Origin: Gemmatimonadales bacterium | GTDB taxonomy: Bacteria > Gemmatimonadota > Gemmatimonadetes > Gemmatimonadales > GWC2-71-9 | Length of the DNA: 64,000 bases | Direction: 5' to 3' | NCBI GenBank assembly: GCA_025927545.1 | Contig: JAICLE010000001.1 | Coordinates: 70,313-134,312 of the forward strand | Shown here: piece after piece, positions 47,425-55,330 of the stretch | Position numbering within the stretch: position 1 is the first letter of the stretch | How the letters are laid out: each line of letters opens with the position of its first letter | The notes under the pieces: generated by a model | What the model was told of the DNA's origin: nothing | Databases searched by the model: none | The model's input: only the letters and a program-made list of their open reading frames with translations | Made by a program: the position numbers and the translations under genes

Positions 47425-48207
47425 TCACCGGGTGCGCACGGCCCTGCGGAAGCTGGAGGGGGAGAGCCCGGTTTCGGCCCGGAACACATTGGAAAAGTGG
47501 CTCTGGTCGGCGAAGCCGGCGGCCAGCGCGATCTCCGCGAGCGGTGCGTCCGATTCAGCCAGCTCAGTTGCGGCGCGCGTGATACGCACCAGCCGGAGGT
47601 ACGCGCCAACGCTTCGGCCGTAAGCCTTCCGGAAGCCGCGGGCGAGCGTCACCGGGTGCACCCCGACCGCTGCCGCCGCCTGCCCCAGGCTCCCGGTCCA
47701 CCCCGGGTTGTGGAGGAGGTCGCGCGCCTCCGTCAGCCAGCGCGGCGGGGTGCCCGTGAGTCGGAGCTCCCGCTCGCGCGCCGCCAGGGCCAGGATTTCC
47801 AGCAGCAGGCCCTCGATCGCCAGCGGCGCCGCGGTGTCCCAGCGCCGCAATTCCCCGCGGATGCGCCAGGCGAGCACGGCCAGCGTGGCATGGCGCACAC
47901 TCCGGCGCTCCTCCAGTACCAACCCGCAGGAGCCCAGGTGGTCCACGCGCGAGGCATCGGCCTCGACCAGCAGGCCTTCGGTATCCAACGTCCCGAACCG
48001 GTTGCTGTGCCTCTCGTCGGCGGGCGTGACCTTGAAGGTGCCCGGGGTGCAGTCCAGGGTGACGCCGTGGAACTTCTCGGTGAACCTGCCCGAGTAGACG
48101 AAACAGAGGGTGGGCCCCGGGTGCGTATGCCATGGCAGGCTGCTTCCCGCCGCATGATGCCCTTCGGTGAGGATGAACCCTTCGACGCTCGCCGTGTGTG
48201 CCGCCAT
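47425..48207 (-). CDS. AraC family transcriptional regulator (cupin + HTH)
   Basis: N-terminal cupin-like WHTHPGPTLCFVYSG. C-terminal AraC HTH (IALAAGFADQSHFSNVFRAETGLSPSSFR). Confidence 0.85.
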   Translation of the reverse strand: MAAHTASVEGFILTEGHHAAGSSLPWHTHPGPTLCFVYSGRFTEKFHGVTLDCTPGTFKVTPADERHSNRFGTLDTEGLLVEADASRVDHLGSCGLVLEERRSVRHATLAVLAWRIRGELRRWDTAAPLAIEGLLLEILALAARERELRLTGTPPRWLTEARDLLHNPGWTGSLGQAAAAVGVHPVTLARGFRKAYGRSVGAYLRLVRITRAATELAESDAPLAEIALAAGFADQSHFSNVFRAETGLSPSSFRRAVRTR

Positions 48208-48329
48208 GTCGCCTCGCTTTCCGATCGTTCCGCCACTTCCGAGACGTCGCTGGCGGCTAGGTGCACACAAATTGGCTGCCGTGCTGCAAGACGGGCCGGA
48301 CCCCGCACGCTATCTATGCGAGCAGGCTG

Positions 48330-48359
48330 CAGGAGGTTTCACCCGTCAGGAGGTTTCAC
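48330..48359 (+). repeat. tandem duplication of the ribosome-binding region (CAGGAGGTTTCAC x2, 17-nt period)
   Basis: Exact 13-mers at 48330-48342 and 48347-48359. The second copy ends directly at ATG 48360. Confidence 0.6.
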
Positions 48360-48788
48360 ATGCATGGATGGACACGGCTCGCTGGCCTGGCACTGCTGGC
48401 CGCGGTCGGATGCGGCGGCGGCGATTCCGGGACGCCCACCAGCCCTGCCGCCCCGGGCGGCGCCAACGCCGTGACGGTCGGGAACAATTTTTTCCAACCG
48501 GCAGCGTTGTCGGTGGCGACTGGCGCCACCGTGACCTGGACTTGGGCGCAGGGCGACGTGAGCCACAACGTCACCTTCGATGACGGCGGCCCGAGCTCGC
48601 CCACGCAGAGCGCCGGCAGCTTCCAGCGGACGTTCACCGGCGCCGGCACCTACACGTATCATTGCACCATTCACGGCGCAGCGGTCATGCACGGGACGGT
48701 TACGGTCACCGCCGCGGGCACCGGCGGCACCGGCGGCAGCGGCGGCAGCGGCATGGGTGGAGGGACGGGAGGGGGTGGCTATCCGTAG
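48360..48788 (+). CDS. type-1 copper cupredoxin lipoprotein with Gly-rich tail
   Basis: Lipobox LAAVGCGG. GATVTWTWAQGDVSHNV...YTYHCTIHGAAVMHGTVTV has H, C, H, M ligands. It is a paralogue of the C-terminal domain of 31259-31987. Confidence 0.8.
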   Translation: MHGWTRLAGLALLAAVGCGGGDSGTPTSPAAPGGANAVTVGNNFFQPAALSVATGATVTWTWAQGDVSHNVTFDDGGPSSPTQSAGSFQRTFTGAGTYTYHCTIHGAAVMHGTVTVTAAGTGGTGGSGGSGMGGGTGGGGYP

Positions 48789-48794
48789 GGCGGG

Positions 48795-49865
48795 TCACCC
48801 GCCTGCGTGGCGCAGCAGCCGCACGACGGCCCGTTCCTGCTCGCTGAGTCCGGCGGCCTCCGACACCTTCGGCGGGCCGCCGTTCTTCAGCCGGTCCTCG
48901 AGCGTGCCCGCCTCGTAGCTCTCGAGCACGACGGGGTGCACGTAGTATTTCCGGCACACGGCCCGGGTGTTGTTCAGCTGCCCGGCGACCTCGTCGATCA
49001 CCCGCACGATGGCGGATTTGGCCTCGCGCTCCGACGCCGCGGGACCGATCGCCTGCAGCGCCGCCAGCGCCTGCAAGGTGCCGGCCCAGGTGCGGAAGTC
49101 CTTGGCCGTGAAGTCCTCACTCGTGAGCTCCCGCAGATAATCATTCACGTCGCTCGACCCGATGGACACCCGCTCACCGTCCTCGGCCACGTACTGGAAC
49201 AACTCCGCTCCCGGGAGCGCCTGGCAGCGGGCCACGATGCGCGCGAGCCGGCGATCGCTGAGCGCGACCCGCTGCATCTTGCCGCTCTTGCCCCGGAACT
49301 CGAAGTGGAGCGTGGAGCCGGAGACCTCCACATGGCGGCTCCGGAGCGTGGTCAGGCCGAACGAATGATTCGACTTGGCGTACTCGTCGTTGCCCACCCG
49401 GATCGCGGTGGACTCGAGCAGCCGGACAACGGTCGCGAGCACCTTTTCCCTGGGCAGCCCGGGCAGCGCGAGGTCCTGCTCGAGCCGAGCCCGAAGCCGA
49501 GGCAGTGCCTCGCTGAACGCGAGCATCCGGCTGAACTTGGTCTCGTCCCGCACCTCGCGCCACCGGTGGTGGTAGCGGTACTGCTTCCGGCCGCGGGCGT
49601 CTCGTCCGGTCGCCTGCAGGTGACCGTTGGCGGCCGGGCAGATCCAGACGTCGGTGTAGGCCGGTGGGATGGCCAGCCGGCGGATGCGCTCCAGCGTTGC
49701 CCGGTCGCGGATCGCTCGGCCGTCCGGACCGACGTAGCTGAAGCCTCGGCCCGCTCGCCGGCGGTGAATGCCGGGAGACGAGTCGCTCACGTACCGCAGC
49801 CCCGCGGCCTGGGCCGACTCTTCCGGCTCCGGTGAGGGCTGGTGCTTCCGACGGGCTGGACTCAT
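48795..49865 (-). CDS. DNA topoisomerase IB (poxvirus-like bacterial type)
   Basis: GLRYVSDSSPGIHRRRAGRGFSYVGPDG, LAIPPAYTDVWICPAANGHLQATGRDARGRKQYRYH. ATG 49865 is preferred over ATG 49907 because the intervening codons are A/T-ending, atypical for this genome. Confidence 0.85.
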   Translation of the reverse strand: MSPARRKHQPSPEPEESAQAAGLRYVSDSSPGIHRRRAGRGFSYVGPDGRAIRDRATLERIRRLAIPPAYTDVWICPAANGHLQATGRDARGRKQYRYHHRWREVRDETKFSRMLAFSEALPRLRARLEQDLALPGLPREKVLATVVRLLESTAIRVGNDEYAKSNHSFGLTTLRSRHVEVSGSTLHFEFRGKSGKMQRVALSDRRLARIVARCQALPGAELFQYVAEDGERVSIGSSDVNDYLRELTSEDFTAKDFRTWAGTLQALAALQAIGPAASEREAKSAIVRVIDEVAGQLNNTRAVCRKYYVHPVVLESYEAGTLEDRLKNGGPPKVSEAAGLSEQERAVVRLLRHAGG

Positions 49866-50064
49866 GGATCCTGTAGTTGGCGCTTCATCGGTCGAGACCT
49901 TGATCATAGCGTCGCCCGCGGACCCGTAAGGTGACGCCAGTCACAGGCTTGCATAAAGATTCACCGGCTCGACCCTCTACACACCGCTCACCGCCTGCGC
50001 TAGCTTCGGGGCGTTTGTCGGGCGGCCCTCGCCGGCCCGCTCCAGCCTCCGACAGGATGCCACC

Positions 50065-51000
50065 GTGATCATGCGACAGGGCCTGCTCTGGCTCTCCCAC
50101 CGGCAGGGCGTATTCAACTTTGTCCGCCGCAACGGGCTGGCGCGGCGGTTCGCCTCGCGGTTCGTGGCGGGCGAGTCGATCGAGGAGGGCGTCGCGGCCG
50201 CCGGGGAGCTGGCACGGCGCGGCATCACCGCTTCGCTCGACCTGCTGGGGGAAAGCGTGACGGCCGAGGCGGAGGCCCGGCTGGCACGGGACCAGTACCT
50301 CCGGATGCTCGAGCGCATGGCGGCCAGCGGAGTCGAGGTGAACGTCTCGATCAAGCTGACGCAGATGGGGCTCGACATCTCCGAGCCGCTCTGCGTCGGC
50401 AACATGACGGCGATCCTGGAGCGGGCCGCCGCGCTGCACGGCTTCGTGCGGCTGGACATGGAGGGCTCCGCGTACACCCAGCGCACGCTCGATTTCTTCC
50501 GCCGGTACCTGTTCGACCGGTTCGGTGCGCACTGCGGGGTGGTGATCCAGGCGATGCTCCGCCGCTCCGAGGCGGACATCGAGGACCTCGTCGCGATGAA
50601 GGCGCGGGTCCGGCTCTGCAAGGGCGCCTACCTCGAGCCGGCCGCCGTCGCCTTTCCGGAGAAGGCGGACGTGGACCGGAACTACGTCCGCCTCATGGAG
50701 CGGCTGCTGCTGGCAGGCAACTACCCGGGGATCGCTACCCACGACGAGGCGATCATCTCCCACGCGCGCGCCTTCGTCCGCCGGCAGGACATCCCGACCG
50801 ACCGGTTCGAGTTCCAGATGCTCTACGGCGTGCGGCGTGACCTCCAGGGAACCCTGCGCCAGGCGGGCTGCCGGCTCCGGGTCTACATCCCTTTCGGGAC
50901 CCAGTGGTATCCTTACCTGATGCGGCGACTGGCGGAGCGACCCGCCAACATCGCCTTCTTCCTTGGCAACATGGTGCGGGAGTCGATACCGGGACGATGA
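50065..51000 (+). CDS. monofunctional proline dehydrogenase
   Basis: ITASLDLLGESV, VNVSIKLTQMG, VRLCKGAY, IATHDE, EFQMLYGV and PYLMRRLAERPAN motifs. Confidence 0.85.
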   Translation: MIMRQGLLWLSHRQGVFNFVRRNGLARRFASRFVAGESIEEGVAAAGELARRGITASLDLLGESVTAEAEARLARDQYLRMLERMAASGVEVNVSIKLTQMGLDISEPLCVGNMTAILERAAALHGFVRLDMEGSAYTQRTLDFFRRYLFDRFGAHCGVVIQAMLRRSEADIEDLVAMKARVRLCKGAYLEPAAVAFPEKADVDRNYVRLMERLLLAGNYPGIATHDEAIISHARAFVRRQDIPTDRFEFQMLYGVRRDLQGTLRQAGCRLRVYIPFGTQWYPYLMRRLAERPANIAFFLGNMVRESIPGR

Positions 51001-51311
51001 GCGAGCTGACGCTGGGCGGCTACATGGCGAAGCACGACCGGGCGGCGGCCTTCGGCGGGAGCGATGGCCAGGCGTACTCGGTCGCCGTGTACGTGGACGA
51101 GGAGCCGGACGTGCGCGGCCTCTTCGGGGCCGCGCTGCTCTTTGTCCGCTGGTCGCCGAGCGGCGACAGGCCGGTGGGGCACGTGGAGAGCCAGACGCTC
51201 GCCTGGGGACGGACCGAGGCCGAGGCTGCCGAGCGGCTCAACGCGCTGTCCCTCTACGACGTCAAGGCCGCGCTGGACGAGGCGATCGCCCGCGCGCCCG
51301 CGGAGTGGTGA
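50997..51311 (+). CDS. hypothetical protein (104 aa)
   Basis: The ATG overlaps the proline dehydrogenase stop (ATGA), and its stop overlaps the rsgA GTG. G/C-ending codon usage. No family recognised. Confidence 0.55.
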   Translation: MSELTLGGYMAKHDRAAAFGGSDGQAYSVAVYVDEEPDVRGLFGAALLFVRWSPSGDRPVGHVESQTLAWGRTEAEAAERLNALSLYDVKAALDEAIARAPAEW

Positions 51312-52213
51312 CCGCGCTCCAGGGCACGGTGCTCGAGCGCGATGGCGCGGTGTACCGCGTCGCGACCGCGGCCGGGGAGATCCGCGCGGTGCTGGCGGGA
51401 AAAGCCAAGCGCGATACCGCCCGGGTCGTCGTGGGCGACCGGGTGCGGCTCGAACCCGATCCCGAGGCGTTGCTGCACGCCATCGTCGGCGTCGAGCCGC
51501 GCACCGCGCTCCTGGAGCGCCGCGTGCCGGAGGGGCGCGGCGCGCGCCCGGTGGCGGCGAACGTCGACCAGGTCTTCGTCGTCACCGCCGCGATCGACCC
51601 CGCTCCCATTCCCCAGCTCATCGACCGACTGCTCGTCGTGGCCGAAGCCAACGAGATCGCCGCCTCGGTAGTGGTCAACAAGGTGGATCTCGACTCCGGC
51701 ACCGCGCTGCGCGCGCGGCTCGGGCGCGCCGGGTACGCCGTCTACCCCACCAGCGTCCGCACGGGCGAGGGAATCGACGTGTTTGCCGCGGCGCTGGCCG
51801 GCCGGACCTCGGTCGTGACCGGCCCCTCAGGCGCCGGAAAGTCGAGCCTGCTCAACCGGGTACAGCCCGGCCTCCAGCTCCGCACGGCGGAGATCAGCGC
51901 CCGGGGCCGGCGTGGCCGGCACACGACCGTATCGGCGGTCATGCTCCCCCTCGACGCCGGCGGGTACCTGGTGGACACCCCCGGCTTCAGCGAGGTGGGG
52001 TTGTGGGGGATCGACCCGGCGGAGCTCGACTCCTGCTTCCCCGAGTTCCGTCCGTTCCTCGGCGAGTGCCGCTACGCCGATTGCCGGCATCGAACCGAGC
52101 CGGGCTGCCGCGTGCGCGACGCGGTGGCCGCGGATGACGTGGCCCGCGACCGATGGGAGAGCTATCTGGTGCTGCTGGAGGAGCTGGAGAACGAGCCGGA
52201 GGAGTGGGAGTGA
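51305..52213 (+). CDS. rsgA: ribosome small-subunit-dependent GTPase A
   Basis: OB-fold N-terminus, circularly permuted GTPase (NKVDL ... GPSGAGKSSLLN), and a C-terminal zinc motif CRYADCRHRTEPGC. Confidence 0.85.
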   Translation: MVTALQGTVLERDGAVYRVATAAGEIRAVLAGKAKRDTARVVVGDRVRLEPDPEALLHAIVGVEPRTALLERRVPEGRGARPVAANVDQVFVVTAAIDPAPIPQLIDRLLVVAEANEIAASVVVNKVDLDSGTALRARLGRAGYAVYPTSVRTGEGIDVFAAALAGRTSVVTGPSGAGKSSLLNRVQPGLQLRTAEISARGRRGRHTTVSAVMLPLDAGGYLVDTPGFSEVGLWGIDPAELDSCFPEFRPFLGECRYADCRHRTEPGCRVRDAVAADDVARDRWESYLVLLEELENEPEEWE

Positions 52214-52234
52214 ACGGCGGTAAGCGGTGAGCGG

Positions 52235-52552
52235 TCACCGCTTCTTTGTCCACCGCTCCCCGTCCCGCGTCTCGACCTTCTCCATCACCCGGTCGAACGC
52301 GGCGTCCAGGTCGATGCCCTCGCGATTGGCCAGGCAGATGAGCACGAACAGGATGTCGGCCATCTCCATCGCGAGGTCGCCTTCGGGCTCGTCCTTCTTT
52401 TTGGTCTTCTGGCCGAAGCGGTGATTCACTTCGCGGGCCAGCTCGCCGACTTCCTCCGTCAGCCGGGCCAGGTTGGTGAGCGGGTGGAAATAACCCTCCT
52501 CGTACTGGCTGATCCAGGCGTCCACCCGCCGCTGCGCCTCGGCGAGCGACAT
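52235..52552 (-). CDS. MazG-like nucleotide pyrophosphohydrolase domain protein
   Basis: LTEEVGELAREV...EMADILFVLICLAN is the EExxE/DxxD MazG core. 105 aa. Confidence 0.85.
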   Translation of the reverse strand: MSLAEAQRRVDAWISQYEEGYFHPLTNLARLTEEVGELAREVNHRFGQKTKKKDEPEGDLAMEMADILFVLICLANREGIDLDAAFDRVMEKVETRDGERWTKKR

Positions 52553-53119
52553 CTAGGCGCGCCCGGCGGCGGCGGGGACGGCCCCCTCGGTGCGTCGCGC
52601 GGCGAGCGCTTTGATCAGCGCCCGCATGAACTGGGGCAGGTCGGCCGGGGTGCGCGAGGAGATCAGGTTGCCGTCCACCACGACGGGGCTGTCCTCCCAT
52701 AGCAGGCCGGCGTTCACCAGGTCGTCCCTGATCGCGCCGACGCTGGTCCCCCGCTTGCCGCGGACGATCCCGGCCGAGATCGGCACCCAGCCCGCGTGGC
52801 AGATGAAGGCCACGGGCTTATCGGCCTCGTAGATGTCGCGGGTGAGCTGGAGGAGCTTCTTCGAGCGCCGCATGATGTCGGGGGCATAGCCGCCCGGAAT
52901 CACCAGGCCGTCGAAGCGCTCGGCGGAGAGGTCGTCCACGTTCGCGTCCACCGTGAGCGGATACCCGCGCTTTCCCTGATAGGTGCGCTCGCCGGTACCG
53001 GCCACCAGCGTGCGGGCTCCCTCTTCCTCCAGCCGGATCTTGGGATACCAGAGCTCGAGATCTTCGTAGAGGGGACCGGCGAAGAACAGGACGTTGATGC
53101 CTGAAAGCGACATGGTCAT
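52553..53119 (-). CDS. DJ-1/PfpI family protein
   Basis: FDGLVIPGGYAPD...KPVAFICHAGWVPISAG, with the nucleophile-elbow Cys-His. Its stop codon abuts the mazG-like ATG. Confidence 0.85.
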   Translation of the reverse strand: MTMSLSGINVLFFAGPLYEDLELWYPKIRLEEEGARTLVAGTGERTYQGKRGYPLTVDANVDDLSAERFDGLVIPGGYAPDIMRRSKKLLQLTRDIYEADKPVAFICHAGWVPISAGIVRGKRGTSVGAIRDDLVNAGLLWEDSPVVVDGNLISSRTPADLPQFMRALIKALAARRTEGAVPAAAGRA

Positions 53120-53220
53120 CTTCGTGCGTGAGGGGTGGGCGGGTGCTGGCCTGCGATTCCCCAAAGGTATAATGTTTGATCGCCTGCGCACCTCATCCCG
53201 GACCCCGGAACCATTTGCCC

Positions 53221-53463
53221 ATGCGAGCCCGCGAGCGCATCCTGGCCAACCTCGAGTCCCTCTACCGCGAGTCGTACGACCGGGCCAAGCGGTCGGGCGA
53301 CGAGGGCCGCATGATCGATCTCGACAGCGCCTACACGCGCGACCAGCTCATGCTCGAGATCCTGCTCGACATCCGCGACCTCTTCTCCGTCGCGCCGGCC
53401 GCCTCGGGCGGAAGCGCCCTCGAGAAGCTGGAGGCGGTTCGCCGGCTCACCAAGCTCCGCTGA
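53221..53463 (+). CDS. hypothetical small helical protein (80 aa)
   Basis: ATG-started ORF with genome-typical codon bias, 11 nt upstream of the amidohydrolase gene. No family recognised. Confidence 0.5.
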   Translation: MRARERILANLESLYRESYDRAKRSGDEGRMIDLDSAYTRDQLMLEILLDIRDLFSVAPAASGGSALEKLEAVRRLTKLR

Positions 53464-53474
53464 AAGGCCTCCTG

Positions 53475-55151
53475 ATGCCCGCCCGCTCACGCGCCGGCGT
53501 GTGGCCGTTCCTGGCGCTCGCCGGACTTCTTGCCTGCCACGCCGCCCCGGCGCCGAGACCAGCCGATCTGGTGGTGTACGGTCGGGTCTGGACCGGCGAC
53601 TCCGCCCGGCCCTGGGCGGGCGGCGTGGCGGTCTCGGGCGACACGGTGCGGGCGGTGGGCGACAGCGCGGACGTCGCGCGCCTCGCGGGACCGGGCACGC
53701 GTGTACTCGCCAATGGCTCGGCCATGGTCGTCCCCGGGTTCATGGACGGCCACCTTCACTTCATCGACGGCGGTTTTCAGCTCGCACGGGTGGACCTTCG
53801 GCCGGCCAACTCGCCCGAGGAGTTCATCGCCCGGCTCAAGGCGTACGCCTCGGAGCGCCGGCCGGGCGAGTGGATCCTCGGCGGCGACTGGGACCACGAA
53901 CGCTGGCCGGGCGCGCCGCTGCCGCGGCGTGAATGGATCGACTCGGTAACGCCGAACAACCCGGTCTTCGTCAACCGGCTTGATGGCCACATGGGGCTGG
54001 CCAACTCCGCGGCCTTGCGCGCGGCGGGCATCAATCGCTCGACCAGGGATATCGCCGGGGGCGTCATCGTGCGCGACCCGCGCACCGGGGAGCCGACCGG
54101 GATTCTCAAGGACGGCGCCATGGGCCCCGTCCAGGCCGCCATCCCCGTGCCCACGGACGAGCAGCGCGATGCCGCGCTCCGCCGCGCGCTGGCATTTGCG
54201 GCCTCGAAAGGCGTCACCGCCTTCGCTCACGTGAGCGTGGACCCTGCCGACCTGGCCACCTACCTGCGCGCAAAGCAGGCCGGTGCGCTCACCGCCCGGG
54301 CCGCGCTCTACTTCCCGCTCGAGACCTGGCACCAGGTGGCCGACACCATCGCGAAGCGGGGTCGAGGCGACGACTGGGTCTGGATCGGCGGGGTCAAGGG
54401 CTTCATGGACGGCTCGCTCGGCTCGACCACCGCGCTGTTCTATCAGCCCTACAACGACGATCCCACCACCTCGGGCGTGCTGGTGACGCCGGAGGACTCG
54501 CTCCGCGCCTGGATCGGCGCGGCCGACTCGGCGGGGCTCCAGGTGGCGGTGCACGCCATCGGCGAGCGGGCCAACGGTCTCCTGCTCGACATCTACGACA
54601 GCGTCGCGAAGGCGCACGGTCCGCGCGACCGGCGGTTCCGGGACGAGCACGCCCAGCACCTCCGGCGGCAGGACATCGATCGGCTCGCACGCATGGGCGT
54701 CATCGCCTCGATGCAACCGTATCACGCCATCGACGACGGCCGCTGGGCCGAAAAGAGAATCGGCCCCGAGCGGATCAAGACTACGTACGCGTTCCGCTCG
54801 CTGCTCGACCGGGGCGCCCACCTCGGGTTCGGCTCCGACTGGACCGTGGCACCGATCGACCCGATTCTCGGCATCTACGCCGCCGTCACCCGGCGCACGC
54901 TCGATGGGAAGCACCCGGACGGCTGGATCCCGGAACAGAAGATCACGGTGGACGAAGCGCTCCGGGCCTACACCGGCGGGAATGCGTATGCCGTCTTCGC
55001 CGAGCGTACCCGCGGCCGGCTGGCACCAGGGTACAAGGCCGATCTGGTCCTCCTGGACCAGGATCTCACCCGGATCCCGCCCGAGGCGATCGAGCGGGCA
55101 GGGGTGCGGGCCACGGTGGTGGGCGGCAAGCTCGTGTATCAGCGGCCCTAG
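53475..55151 (+). CDS. secreted amidohydrolase-3 (YtcJ-like) metal-dependent hydrolase
   Basis: Signal peptide, DLVVYGRVWTGD, VVPGFMDGHLHF, AVHAIGERAN, FGSDW. Confidence 0.85.
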   Translation: MPARSRAGVWPFLALAGLLACHAAPAPRPADLVVYGRVWTGDSARPWAGGVAVSGDTVRAVGDSADVARLAGPGTRVLANGSAMVVPGFMDGHLHFIDGGFQLARVDLRPANSPEEFIARLKAYASERRPGEWILGGDWDHERWPGAPLPRREWIDSVTPNNPVFVNRLDGHMGLANSAALRAAGINRSTRDIAGGVIVRDPRTGEPTGILKDGAMGPVQAAIPVPTDEQRDAALRRALAFAASKGVTAFAHVSVDPADLATYLRAKQAGALTARAALYFPLETWHQVADTIAKRGRGDDWVWIGGVKGFMDGSLGSTTALFYQPYNDDPTTSGVLVTPEDSLRAWIGAADSAGLQVAVHAIGERANGLLLDIYDSVAKAHGPRDRRFRDEHAQHLRRQDIDRLARMGVIASMQPYHAIDDGRWAEKRIGPERIKTTYAFRSLLDRGAHLGFGSDWTVAPIDPILGIYAAVTRRTLDGKHPDGWIPEQKITVDEALRAYTGGNAYAVFAERTRGRLAPGYKADLVLLDQDLTRIPPEAIERAGVRATVVGGKLVYQRP

Positions 55152-55330
55152 CCTGCGGCGGCCGCTCGCCGGCTGACCAGACTTGGTACGCTGTCGTATT
55201 CTTGCGGCTTGACCCCGGGTCCGGTCGTTTCGCATCTTCAGTCGCTCCCATCCACACATGCAGCTCGCGCCCGCGCCCCGGACCCGTCCGGGGCACGCTC
55301 CGTCGAGCGCCGCCTGAACAGGAGGCTGGC

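Noticed and set aside
48700-48785. GGC/GGT-rich tandem-like repeats that could be mistaken for a microsatellite or CRISPR-like array
   Set aside because: They lie inside the cupredoxin ORF and encode its Gly-rich tail (GTGGTGGSGGSGMGGGTGGGG). There is no repeat-spacer structure. No CRISPR array exists anywhere in the window.
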